In this document: piece by piece, positions 37,201 through 49,755 of the stretch
Layout of the letters: each line of letters opens with the position of its first letter
How positions within the stretch are numbered: position 1 is the first letter of the stretch
Source: Utricularia gibba
Lineage: Eukaryota; Plantae; Magnoliophyta
Assembly (NCBI GenBank): GCA_002189035.1
Contig: NEEC01000020.1
Span: 1,798,001-1,862,000 of the forward strand
Direction of reading: 5' to 3'
Length of the DNA: 64,000 nucleotides
The notes under the pieces: generated by a model
What the model was told of the DNA's origin: nothing
Database searches by the model: none
Seen by the model: the letters and a program-made list of their open reading frames with translations, nothing else
Translations under genes and position numbers: made by a program

Positions 37201-38865
37201 CATCTTGAAAATCATCATTCAACTTGGAGAAACATATTGTTGTAGCCTTGTTTCTTTTGCTTCGTCTTATGTCAATAACGCGATTATCTTCATTATCTAT
37301 TGATTGTCTGATGTTTTTGCACTTCCTTGCTAATCACGATCAGATGAGTAGTAATCCTCATCATCAGTATCAGGTTCCTCTCCATCAGATTCATATGTTG
37401 ATAAGTCATCTACATTTGTACGTTGCTCCTCTTCTGGGAGTACGAGATTTCCATCTGAATATTGATCATTGGCCTGATGTGATTCTTCGTATAAGGGTTC
37501 AGAGATTGATTCTGAATTCTCATTTGATGAGTCTTCCTCCTTTTTGACCTTCTCCTCTTCTCAAGATGTGAGATTTTCATTTGAACTCTGATCATTTACT
37601 TGATTTGAATCTTCATATAAGAATTCTGAGGTAGATTTTGGGTTCTCATTCACCTGTATTTGTTCTATTGCATCTTTAGTTTCTTGGTTTGTTGGATTCC
37701 TAGAAGAGTTGTTTTGAGGCTTATGTATCCAAAGGTCACCTTTCAAGTGAGTGTCATGCCCTCCATGATTTTTATGCGCTTTTGCATCATTCAGAGAAAG
37801 AAATTTATCAATTAAAAGAAACATCATGACTGAAGTTAAATTTCTTCTGGTCAAATATATAAACATTATATCCCTATGCAGTGTTTTTGTAACCAACAAA
37901 TACACTAGATACAGATTTCTTGTCAAGTTTTCCTCGTTTTTGATCTAGTACATGACTAAAACATAAACAACCAAAGATTCTGAAATGATCAACTTTTTTA
38001 ATATAACCATGCCATTTTCATGAGCGGTCTTTCCACTAATCGCCCTGGATGGAAGCAAGTTCAATAGATATACAGACATAGATACCGCTTCACCCCAGAA
38101 ATTTACAAAAAGGTCTTTCTCAAACAATAAACACCTTGATATATCAAGAATTGTTATGTTTCTCCTTTCACATATACCATTATGTTGTGGGGAATATAGT
38201 ACTATGAATTGATGAATGATTCCCTCATTTTCACAAAACATTCTCATGCTATTATTGTAGAATTCACCTCCATTGTCTGATCTAATTATCTTTAAGGAGC
38301 TTCCACTCTAATTCTAAGTCATCACTTTGAATTTTCAAAAGATATGAGGAACTTATGACTTCATTGTAAGAAAGTAAACACAAGAATACCGTGAATAATC
38401 ACCAATGAATGTAACAAAATATCTAATCCCCCCAATGAACACTCCTTAAATAGTCAACAAACATCTATATGTACAAGTTATAATTTCTCCATTGCTACTG
38501 AATCACTGGAATAAAATGGTTTTCAACACTGTTTACCTTGATGGCATACTTCAAATATGGCGGCAGCAAACTTGATATCTTTCAATTCTAGTACTTCATC
38601 ATTCTTCTGCAATATTTTCAGATTGTTGAAGCTATAGTGCCCAAACGTTTATGCCCAAGGCTACTTTGATCCTGAAAGGAGAAAATTCAATTTTTATGAT
38701 CATTGGCCGTGATTTGGTAGAGGTTGTGGGTGGTTCACATACCATGGAACTCAATCTTCATTTTTGGATCAGTAACTTTAACTTTAGTGGTTGTATCACC
38801 AGCATCCTTGATCAGTTCAATGTCAAAGCCTTGCCTGGTTAATTGACCAAAACTCAATGGGTTTT

Positions 38866-40019
38866 TGATAACACATATTTTTGAATAATTGAATATATGG
38901 AAATGACTCATATTGTGTGCTACAAAATTTAAGTTTTACTGCCTATTTCTATATTTTTGCGAGTAGTACCGTAGTTGTACTTTTTATTCCTAGTTGGGAC
39001 TAAATTTACGATTTAGTCCCAACCATAATTCTAATAGTTTTCTTTGAGTAACACAACACATGTTAGCAATCTAAATCCCAATGAGCCAGATATGAGCAAT
39101 GCAATGGCATAGGATGAGGCAAAAGTCTTAAAAGAAGGACACAAAATCCAAGGAGATGAAAAAAGAGGATTTTGGACAAATAATGAGACAAGATGGAGGG
39201 AGAAAAGGAATCTCCCCATTGGGACATACAACACATTCTTTCTAGAGAAGACTTTTAGGGGAAGGAGGAAGATGAACCAGGAACGAAGTTGATGTTTGAA
39301 GACGTTCTTTTGTTTCCAAAGAATATTACTCTCAATTAAGAGTAGCTAGCGATAGTTATTGCTTTTTATTGAACTTTTTAATTTCCATGCTTTTTTATTT
39401 TTTGGTAATCGACTGTGAGATTAGTACAATGTGGATGATATTTTCTTTTCCATTTTCATTTATTTTGGGTATGAGTGGCTAAACATTTAGGGGTGCCATA
39501 GGATGAAAAGGGGAGGAATATGCGAATCAATCTCTAGACTTTATTAACTATAAGTCACGCTACTTCCTTAACAAATTAGGATAGATCTAGGGGGAGGAAG
39601 TACTTAAACTCATCTTAACAACTCTAATTAGAGGTAGACCGAAGATTAGGGGGAAAACAAGAGTTCGGGTAAACCTAAATTTTGTTTGTTAAATGTTTGA
39701 TTTATGGTTTATGTGAGCATGTTTTAGTAATAAGCGTACATCCCTTAAGAGTCCCAAGGCACCACCCATTTTAGTCCATGAAAAGGGAGTATAAAAGTTT
39801 GTTACTTTTCTTTATTGTATTTTATCGTAATTCTACCTTAGTCCTAGTTAAGATCAAATCTATCAATGTGGCATCAATGTGACATTGATAATTACATGAC
39901 AAACACCTACTCTTCATGTTCGGCCCTAAACATTATGCTCACAATTGTATTATGTTTAAATGTGTATTAGGTTATAAATTTTATTTGATAGGAAAATTTG
40001 CAATATTTTTCGTTTATTA
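38866..40019 (+). mobile_element. Athila-type solo LTR, family A, nested in the copia element
   Basis: TGATAACAC...CGTTTATTA with perfect TSD GTTTT (38861-38865 / 40020-40024). Confidence 0.92.
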
Positions 40020-41627
40020 GTTTTGTTTGAGGTTTGGTAAATATTAAACATCATCAACTTGAACAATTCCTTCTTTTAGCATGAGTAAAATGCTTCCTTT
40101 ACTCACAATGTCAATATTTTCACCAGTACACGTGCTTCCTTCTCAATCTTCTTAAGCTGGAGAAATGACCTTGTATCACAACATACATGATAGGATGCAC
40201 TAGAATCCAAGTACCAGCCTTTAGGATCTGAGACTACTATCATTAAAGCACACACACACTTATAATCACATGGATCTTCAAAAGATATTTTTGGCTCGTC
40301 TTCAAAGTAGGTAAAAGATGCATGTGATTTTTCATCTCTAGAAGTAGTCTTCTTGTTATTATCAACTTTGATTGGATTAGACATTCCACATACTTTGTCA
40401 AGATGGCCTCTATGATTCCATTTCGTGCACAAAGTATTAGGCTTCCACCAGCAAAACTCACTCCTATGATTTTTTTTGTTGCAATGCTTGCAAGCATTTG
40501 AGGTTAAAGTTCAACAATCTTCACTCTTGTGGTTGGATTTATCACAATGCCTGCACTTTTGATTATGCATGGTTGAAGCGGGGATTGATATTGGAGATTG
40601 TTTGATGACTATTGACTTGACATCCTTGACATTGTTAGATACACCTGAGTTTATATTCATATTCTACATTTTGGTGAGGAGAGCGGCTTCACCATAAGCT
40701 TTGTCAACCTCATAACCATCTCTTAGTTCCAATCTCTTTTTTGTAGATTGCAACACAATCATGAACTCTCTAAATGTTGGCTCTAGTATAACTGGATACT
40801 CAGGATATACCTTATGAACCTTTCCTTCAATAATGTGAAGAATTTTTCCTTATGCCTCAAGTGCGCATAACTTTGTCTTGAATCTTGAAAGTAGTCTCAT
40901 GATTGCCTTGCTAATCACCTTTTTATCCTCAAGTTTTTCCCCCAATCCTCAAATCTCCTTCACAAGTTTTGCAATGCGGTCATAATAGACTTGTATGTTT
41001 CATGGTCCAACATTTTGTTCCTCTCAAAGTCCTCAAACTTGTTTTTACATATTATCTCTCTGAGTTTGACATCACCATCATAGTGGGATTTGAGAGTATC
41101 CCATATTTCTTTCACTGATTGACACTCTGCAATATCATCAAGTAAATGTTTTGAAATGGCTTGATATAAGGCATCCATTGTCTTTTCTCTGTTGAAGATA
41201 CTCAACTTCCTCTTGCTGTTTTGATGTAGATTTACTTGTCACTACAATAGCCGGAATTTCACTTTCAACAACATCCCAAATCTTTCTAACTCGAAGGTAG
41301 CTACGCATCTTTTTGACCCAACTTTCATACTCAGAACCATCGAATATTGGAGGTCCCTACCAGATGCCATCATATTTCAGCTACTGCTTGACAAGCCTCA
41401 GGTTGATACATGATAAACCACTAAGTGAAAAAGACTGAACGGTAAATGAAATACTGAAATGAACATAGGTTTGAGAACCTTACTGCTCCGTTACCATGTT
41501 GATGCAAGAAAAATACAACCTTAAGAAGGAACAAAGGGATAAAGCTTATAAGGTCATGTTGGAAGAAAAACCAACTCTTGAACAATAAAAATTGATGAAA
41601 ACCTAACACTCACGAATTCCTGGTAGG

Positions 41628-41649
41628 ATATATATATATATATATATAT
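41628..41649. repeat. (AT)n microsatellite within the copia 5' LTR
   Basis: ATATATATAT run; the 3' LTR has only TATATTTATA at the same position. Confidence 0.85.
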
Positions 41650-42532
41650 GTATATATCTAATGCCTAGGTTACCCAACAATGGGCTATAATCAATAAAAA
41701 CACACATAAAATGCCCAAAAACTCGAACCCAACACTTTTTTAACTAAAACATGACTTCATGACACAAGATTAATGCTTCCAATCACTTTAAAACTTTGGA
41801 TTTAGGCTGATCTCCAACAAAGAAAATATATATGGGGAGAATCAGACTAATCTAAACAAGTGCTTAATTCTGGTAGGCTGATTTGTAGGCTTGGGAATAT
41901 TTCACTTTCCCTGAATTACCAAGATATCAAGGATTTATTTTCAAAATATATCTTATTTCTCATTATTTCCATATTTTGAGCCAATCTTATCCTTATCTCT
42001 TTAATCCTTCCTTATTTCTACATCATCTTTATTACTCCTTTGGTTGGGTGGCAGCTTTGGAATGTTAACAATTTTCTCATATAATAAAAAGGGCATGGTC
42101 AGATTTCTAATAAACTTCTTTGATTCCAAAGGAGGGGGTTCCTTTCGTATCTAGGGGTATTAAGATATTTGGCTATCTTAATTTATTTTTTTAACATTGT
42201 ATGTGTGAGAGTGTGTTAGAATGACCAAATTTGTAAATGAGCCTTCGTATCGATCATGAATTAATAAATAAGAGTGTTCATAACATTCTAATCCCAGCTC
42301 ACGTACCACTTTAATGGAGGAAATTTCCAAATGAACAATTTCAATGAAATCTTTCAATTTTTTATTTTACTATGCTCCGACCTTGAAATGTGGAATCATC
42401 TTCCACACGTTGACCCATAATTCAATGAAGCGAGTCAAAGACTGGAAAATATCTATCTAGTATGATGTATGGAATATAACACAACAGTGATTTTATTGAT
42501 GGAACACATAGACTCTAATGAACATTAGAATG

Positions 42533-43669
42533 GGATGCTAAATGTCGTGGTCTTAGCACATTCAATGCATCAAAAGAAATTTATAAACCTAGTTATTCTA
42601 TTACACAAATCATATGAATTGATGTAGTGTAGCAAGTAAGGGTTGAATCCATATAGAATAGTTGTAATTTCTTGAAGTCCTTTGCATTTACGAAAAACAA
42701 AGGAGTTTTATGGGGGTGTACCTCTCATGTGCATAAGACATAAAATAACATTAGTTGAAATAAATGAGTTGCATAGATCAAGAGGCATTGAAATTAATGT
42801 GAATGTGTAGAAAACATAAAATAAAAGTGACTTGGCTGGGTTTTAAACCACGGTCTAGCTCTTGTGTCACTCAAGAGAGCCTATAGACTTAAACTCATCT
42901 TTGAAATGCTTAAAAACAGAGTCAAGGTTCGCATGAACAGTAAACTTAAAACTAAACACGAAAGGCTTAAACAAGAACATGTTCATTAGCTAAAATAAGG
43001 TTTACAGAGGATTTCCCGTTCACAACTACCAGAAATGTACAGAAAGCATGAAAACGAATACAGTAATAGTAGCAATTTCAACACAAAAATGAAGTGCAGA
43101 AAATAAAAAATAAAATATCTAGCTATTGCTCTCAGTCATAGGTCTGCTGAAAAAGAAAGTTCTGGGCAGAAAGCCGATGTAGAAATGCAGATCTGGAGGT
43201 CGCCGGAGACATTTGCCGGAGAAATACAGTTCTCCTCGCTCCCGCTACGCTACTGTTCGCTCTAGTCTCTCTCTTCCTTTTTTCTTATTCAACTTAAAAG
43301 TAAGGGTAGTTTCATCTTTTCTTTAAGTTTATAGAAGAGAGATCTCTGCACCAAATCTATCTTTTTAGAAGAGTGGCTGCTTTCAGCGAAAATTGTCTTT
43401 TGCACAGCTTTTCTTTTCCTTTTAACTTGTCAACGCAAAAAATGTGCTGTTACAGTACTAGTTCTTACCCTGTTAAAACTTAAACACATACAAAAAGAAA
43501 ATCTTGGAGTTTTCGGTTCAATTGTTGCCAATTGAGCTTGTTTTTGCAATAAACACATTTTAACATACTAAATATATAAAAATAGACAATTTAGCACACT
43601 AAACAACATTTGATCCTACAAAACACATTTAAAAACATATATAAAAATACAATAAAAACAATGTTATCA
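42533..43669 (-). mobile_element. Athila-type LTR, same family as 7885-8992
   Basis: Collinear homology throughout, ending GTTATCA. No TSD identified. Confidence 0.8.
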
Positions 43670-44044
43670 AACTCCAGTTGAACTTCTAATTGCTTGGTGT
43701 TTGTTGTTATGGGGAAAAGAAGGATTTCCATTCCATAGTCGGTTCTAATGAAGGGAAAACCTTGCAGCTTACTTGCTATATCCTCGCATCATTTCGGTTA
43801 TAACTTTCGGACCATAGCTGCTCACATCAATGTTTTCTTAACAGTCAAGTAGGACAACAGCTCTATCTAACATGTTATAGATGGATTCAATTGAGTTTCT
43901 TTATGACCTCCTCCTTTTGAGACATTATGGCTTTGCTTCGGTTTTATTAATGATCATTCGAGATTAAAAATATCAAGAAACTGATCCCAATACGTTGGTC
44001 TCGAAATAGAAATGCCAGCCACGTATGCTGGCAACATAGATTCA

Positions 44045-44095
44045 TTATCGGGACTAGATCAGATACAATTTCAGGGGTTTTCTACTTTTATCGAA
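44045..44095 (+). pseudogene. Possible ancient plastid rpoB 5' fragment
   Basis: LSGLDQIQFQGFSTFI versus recalled RpoB IPGFNQIQFEGFCRFI; very short. Confidence 0.3.
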
Positions 44096-44949
44096 TTACT
44101 GGAATATGATAGAACGGTCGGTCTTCAGAACCATCCACTCTTTCTTTTTTTTTATCTTTGATTATGATTTAGGGCAATATATTAAAATACTGCTATTCAA
44201 GAAGAAGATTTCTATTCCGGAACAATAAACGACTACTAGCACTTTCTTTTTCTCTTAGCTTTTGTTTGCAGTATTTCTAGAAGCTATCAATTTTTGTCAT
44301 TATTTTAATTACTTTCTAGGTACAAACTAGTCTCAACGTGTACCATGTATTTCCCTTTACCTCAACTTTCTTGCTATTTTGACATTAATGATGGCCTTTT
44401 TCATCCTTAAGATTCTTATTAAAAAAGAATAAATCCATCGATTTGAGTAGGTTGTTAGGTTTCAACAACTTCAGTTTCTTGAGAAGAGATCTTGAAGGAG
44501 ATCTAATGACAAAACATGCTCAGTATCATCCCTTGTTCCATGTGCTACTATTAAAGAAGGAGATCTTGAATTTGTTACCAACAATCTAATCCATTGCTTT
44601 GGTTTTTTCCCGCTTCCACAGACATTCTCAACCAGATTCATTCCCTAAACTAACACAAGTGCTACTATAAATAAGTGAAATAGTTCAATGAATCTCTCCA
44701 TTTTGTGGGTTCCTGGTTCTTTTGTAGCTGGAACATCCGGAAACCCATTAGAACCCAATGCTCTCAATAAATATCTGGGTGGGGATACCAAATGAAATGG
44801 CTTATTGGGAAAGTTTTTGGATATCAATGGCGGCCGAATCACACACATGGTTCTTCTACTTCCTCGCTCCTCCCGTTATTTTTAAATGTATAGAGAGCCT
44901 TGTCCTTTTGTATTCCTTCAGAAAATGGTCTTGCCCCAACCCCAAGATG

Positions 44950-46000
44950 AGTGCTCTCTGATATCATCTGGCCTCCAGAAACAAAAACTTTCAGAATGTG
45001 AATTTCTCTTACAATGCTTGCATGGAGAGAATTTTGCTTTCTCTTTTCTTTTGCGTCCTTTATTTTTGCTTGCTTCAGCAGTTTTCTCCTTAGGACCAGA
45101 TTGGTTAAGAGCAGACTTCCCAAGCTGCAAAGCAACTAGTGGTCTCTCCACCGCATGGTCTCTAGCTGCAACCCTGCACTCAAGAGCTTGAAGAGCACTA
45201 GGGATTTTTGCAACCGTGAGGTTTGGATGATCAGTGCTGTATTCTAGAGAGAAAATATTGGGCTCGAAACAGGGCAACACTGTGTGCATGATTTTTTTAG
45301 CTAAAGTGAATTCACTCTTGATATCTCCTAGTATTTGTAATTGGGTAACTACCTTCATAAAACGATCAACATACGTTTTTACCGTCTCAGATGGCAGCAT
45401 TCTCATGCTTTCGTACTCCATTTTAAGGTTTGCGATTCGCGTCTTCTTCAAACTCCATTTTGAGCTTATCCCAGATCTCTTTGGCTGTTTTGCAATTTAG
45501 TGTTCTTGGAATTATGGACTTATCCATACCTGAGTAGAGAATGACTTTGGCTTCTCCTTCCCGAGCTTGGAGTTCTTCTGATCTTTTAACTCGTTCCAAC
45601 GAAGCATTTGCCGGGAGAGATTCAGGCTGCATGATAGAAATAACGGTCTCCCATAGATTCATTGCTTGTAGGTAAGCAGTCATTTGTACTGCCTCTACTG
45701 CATAATCTTCGTCGTTGAACTTCCAGATAGCACCTGATTGAGTAGCATCCATGATCGACAAGCTCCGATACCACTTGTTAAATTTGAAGACGTAACTCTC
45801 AGGCTTTGCTGCTAAGTGTAAGGACTGAATTGTAAAGGAAAGGTTGAGTGTTATTGAAGAAAAGAACTGCTATTACATCAGTGCAGCAGCACTGTCATAA
45901 ATAGACAAAAAACACTTTATAACTAACGACATGAAATTAGAGATTGGCTGCAGGGTAAAAATGGCAACAACAGACTCCAACTATGTTTGATACACCAACG
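44950..46000 (-). mobile_element. Ty1/copia 5' end: LTR (from 45776), PBS, gag; truncated after the zinc knuckle
   Basis: PBS TGGTATCGGAGC at 45762-45773. Gag ORFs 45423-45761 and 44918-45451 (one frameshift) carry AKEIWDKLK and CKHCKRNSHSESFCFWRPD. Confidence 0.9.
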
Positions 46001-46469
46001 GTTTCCGTGAGACCAGGGACAGGTGGACATGGCGTTATTAGCAGTGAAAACTGGTTGTACTTAGACATGAGAAGAACGATCAGTATCACCGACATTATTT
46101 TGTCTATAAAAAACATTCTTGAGAAAATAAAATGCTAAACACGTTATTGTAGTAGGCGGCATTTGCGTGAAGAACTTGCATTTGTAAAACGTAAAAGTAA
46201 TTCGAAAATATTACTAAAACAAATTAATTGAATAGTAAAGTTTTTTCTTATCAAATTATAATTCCTTTATAACATAATTTATGGCATCTCTTTTCCATCA
46301 TGCTTTACTACTTAGCATTTCACTATCCTTTTTTTACCTAACACGTGTAGATGACTGATGGAATGATCATCTTACTCTCTAGCCTTTGTCTACATGGAGC
46401 TACATGTCTGTTCATTGGCCTTCAAATCTATAATTTTCTTTAATTTGTGTTTCCCCACCTTTCTCCAAT

Positions 46470-46620
46470 TGTCATCAGTACCATGAAAATGACATCATTG
46501 ATAGAAGGGATAGGCTTCATGAGAAGAATTTGATTGTGTGTAACTTCAAATGTAGGGCCTAATCCACGAGCAAAGGGTTGGAGGTATAAACCAACAACGT
46601 AATCCATGATATTATTTATA
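46470..46620 (-). mobile_element. Ty1/copia gag fragment
   Basis: RGLGPTFEVTHNQILLMKPIPSINDV matches the copia GLxxxFxxVRxQILLMxPLPS motif. Confidence 0.65.
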
Positions 46621-48405
46621 TTTTCTCTGCTAATCTTGTTGAATTTTCTTCAACATCAATGTCAATTTTTTTTTTGACAATCTATGATATTATTTATATT
46701 TAAATAACAATTTTTTTTTGTTATTCAGCAATTCCTAAACTTTAGAGAAAAATAGAAAAATAGGATTCTATGAATCCCCTTCTTCAGTTGAGGATGATAA
46801 TGCTTTGACTCAAAAATTAGTAATATCAAAGTATATTGTCTCCTACTTAAACTAGTGGATCTAAAGAGGATTACCTTATCCCTTCATTCAAAAAAGAGAG
46901 TTTGGTTTGAATATAATGTTCATTCATAAAAATGTAACTCATAAAGAATTAGTAAACAAAGAATTCGTTTATCTTGAAAAAAAAGACAAACAATTTATTA
47001 TGTATCAAATCTTAAATATTTGATTGGTTCATAAACTAAGCACAAGCACCGAACTTATGATTGCAATACAGACAAGAAGGATTCAGGAAAAAAACTTATG
47101 ATTGCACAAATTATGAATAAAAAAACACCTCATGATAATTGATGTGGACCTCATTACCTCTCAATGCATGGTGTTCTACTTATTGTTACTCTTCAATGCG
47201 AAGATGCTATTAAATTAAACCAATGTGGGTTACTTACATAGAAGTATGGAGAGAATTGTAGAAAATAGGACTATATATGCATTATGTAGCATGTTGGGAT
47301 TATTAAGCTACTATGTTCAAAGAAGTGATAACCATAAATGGATCCTAACAGGTAGGAAATATTCAAGCACCTTAAAGGGCTATTTATTATGTTCAAGTAG
47401 CATTGCTTCACATTTTTCATGGCTTGGACCTTTTACAACAGATGCTAACAAGATGCGCATAATTCATATTTATTTTCAGATCGGAGGCGTACTATTGATC
47501 AACCCCATGGATGGATCGACAAATGTTTGGATTTTTCTGATTATTTTTTCATTGGAATTGCTGAATAGCAAATGTTTATTACATAGAATCATATTTTCCA
47601 GTAAAGCCATAGGGGTGATTGACATAGAAAAGCCATAAATTGGGGTTTATCAATTCCAATGTTCCATGTTTCATTAATTGATAAATGAAAATTTATAAAT
47701 AAAAATTAGATTTTCAAATTGATGCTGCGTCATATTTCAACGTATTTGAGTTAATTTCGATGTTAAATGTTAGGATTATGTGAATTAGCATAGAAAAAAT
47801 GCTAAAACGTGCATTGATCAAATTATTGTCGTTGAAAACATGATTCGACCAATTTTTTTCCATTAGTCCAATTGAAGGGGCGTTTTACTGCTCATCTAAT
47901 ACCACGTACGTTCAACCCGTTTGGGCTAGATCGCATAATTTGACAAGTCTGAGAAGTTATTATTAGCATAAGGTAAAACAGAAATTATAAGTCCACCTTG
48001 AAGTGAAAAATAAGGAAACTCAATGCAAAGGAAGGAAGTAATAAAAAAAAGTCTCACACTGGCATGCAGCAGAGGAGCAGGCACGTTAAGGACAGTGAGT
48101 AGAGAGAGTGAGGGAAGAATATATATTGCTGGAGATATTCTCTGACAAGCATTACTAGAGTTTTTTTTTTTTTTCCTTGAACTGCATTTTCCGACGGACG
48201 AGAAAGGAAAAGAAGTTCTAGCATGACATTGGAACAAAACTTCGGCATTCGGAAATTCTGCAGTCCGAGACAGAGATGGAAGGAAAAGAAGTTTAGCAAT
48301 CATGCTGTTCAAGGAGAAGATAAAAAATGCTGGAGCATCTTTTTCTAATATTTTATTTTCTACAAACTTTATTTCTTTGTTTTACTTCCATGCTATTTAC
48401 GTTTC

Positions 48406-49755
48406 TGATGCGTGTCGTTTCCATAACAAATTTTAATACTTTTAAAACTCGTAAAACACTAAAGTGTAGTACGGGTGTCGAACACAGAGAGTTGTTTTTG
48501 AGTGAAAGGTGAGGCACTCCGAATACAACTGTCACGATTTGTAAACGGTTTTGAAGGTAAAAGGTGCGAGAAACATTGATGATGAAGCTTGAGTAAAGGA
48601 AAGAGAGGGGTTTTGAGCAAACAACTAAAATGAACGTAAGCGATGAACCTTAAATAAAGTAAATGTTCCTGGGTTTGGAATTCTGTCCAGCTATGTTCGT
48701 CGTGTCTTCACTCTTCTCTGGTCCTTTCGAGTACTCAGTTATAGGAGTAAGGAATTGCCTACCCTCCCTTACACTCTCTTGCAAGAAGGCACGGGAATAG
48801 CCCGATGTTACTCCTCCTTAGACGAACGTGAGAATAAGAGGTCCTGCCAACGTACCCTCACGGCCGAATTGCGCGCGTGTACCCGAGTATGTCCAATGAT
48901 CCAATGAGTCCAGATACGAGGTCACTACCTGTCCATTGATCCTAAGGTACGGCCACAGACCAAACGTTGTCTTCCTCCTGCCAAAAGGGCTCGAGTTGGT
49001 GCTTTCCACCTTGCTCCTCTCCAAAATCTGCGGGTAGTGATCAGCTAACCATGAACCTTGAACAAGGGGACTGTTACAGAAAGACTGCAACATAGTCGCG
49101 CGAAGACATAGAAACCCGTTCGGATTCAGAGAAAATGTGAAGATAAGCTAACGATACACAGATCTGGGGGTGTTCCAACCCAGAAACGGAAGCTTCTAGC
49201 CGCGAACGGCCATACAAACTAAAGAAAACGAAACAAGGTTCTAGAGAGAAGCTAGAGGAAAATTCCTCTAGAGAGAGAAACAAAAGGGAAAACTAAACTG
49301 AAGGTTTTTCTCCCAACTTGCCTGAACAGGACTAAACTTTATTGAGAGTCTGAGCTTTCGTGTTCTTGTGATTCTGCTGAACTTGGGATGACTTGCAAGC
49401 AACGTCTGACACTGGTACGCTAATGATGCCACCTGTCAGAGACTCTCGTGTTCCGCACGTCAAGGCTCATGATTAGGGGGTCTGCAGTCTTCCGGAAATC
49501 AAGGGAATGTCAGTTCGGGAAAATCCAATTTGTCGCCATCTGATGCCCTATTTCTCTCACTTCCTGTCATGTGTGTGCCTCTAGAAAAACTCAATTAAAA
49601 CTATTAAAATTAATAGATAAAATACAAGATTTAAGATAATTACCCTAAACTAGATAAGAACCTAAATCTCATATTATAGACTCTTAATTAGATAGTCCTA
49701 ATCATAATTAAGCATAAAAACAACTTAATAATTAGTAATAAAATGACACTTAATA
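48406..49755 (-). mobile_element. Gypsy solo LTR (~1.35 kb)
   Basis: TGATGCG...CACTTAATA termini with perfect TSD GTTTC (48401-48405 / 49756-49760). Orientation inferred. Confidence 0.88.

Larger units (their letters stand above)
35320..41819 (-). mobile_element. Degenerate near-full-length Ty1/copia element
   Basis: 5' LTR 41411-41819; gag (PPIFDGSEYESW, KEIWDTLK); protease WYLDSSASYH; integrase (YSPQHNGICERRN, FWGEAV); RT ([22 protein letters not shown]); RNase H (AQSTTEAEY); PPT GGGGGAG at 35598-35604; 3' LTR 35320-35597, diverged and truncated. Confidence 0.92.

Noticed and set aside
18072-39234. Similar K/E/R-rich or F/L/S-rich short ORFs at 18072, 19769, 19883, 32422-32751 and 39031
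   Set aside because: All fall on the same purine-rich tract of family A LTRs; frames are not conserved between copies.
47225-48312. 137-aa and 128-aa ORFs
   Set aside because: No family motif recognised, and one runs through a poly-A tract. A decayed gene or mitochondrial fragment cannot be excluded without BLAST.
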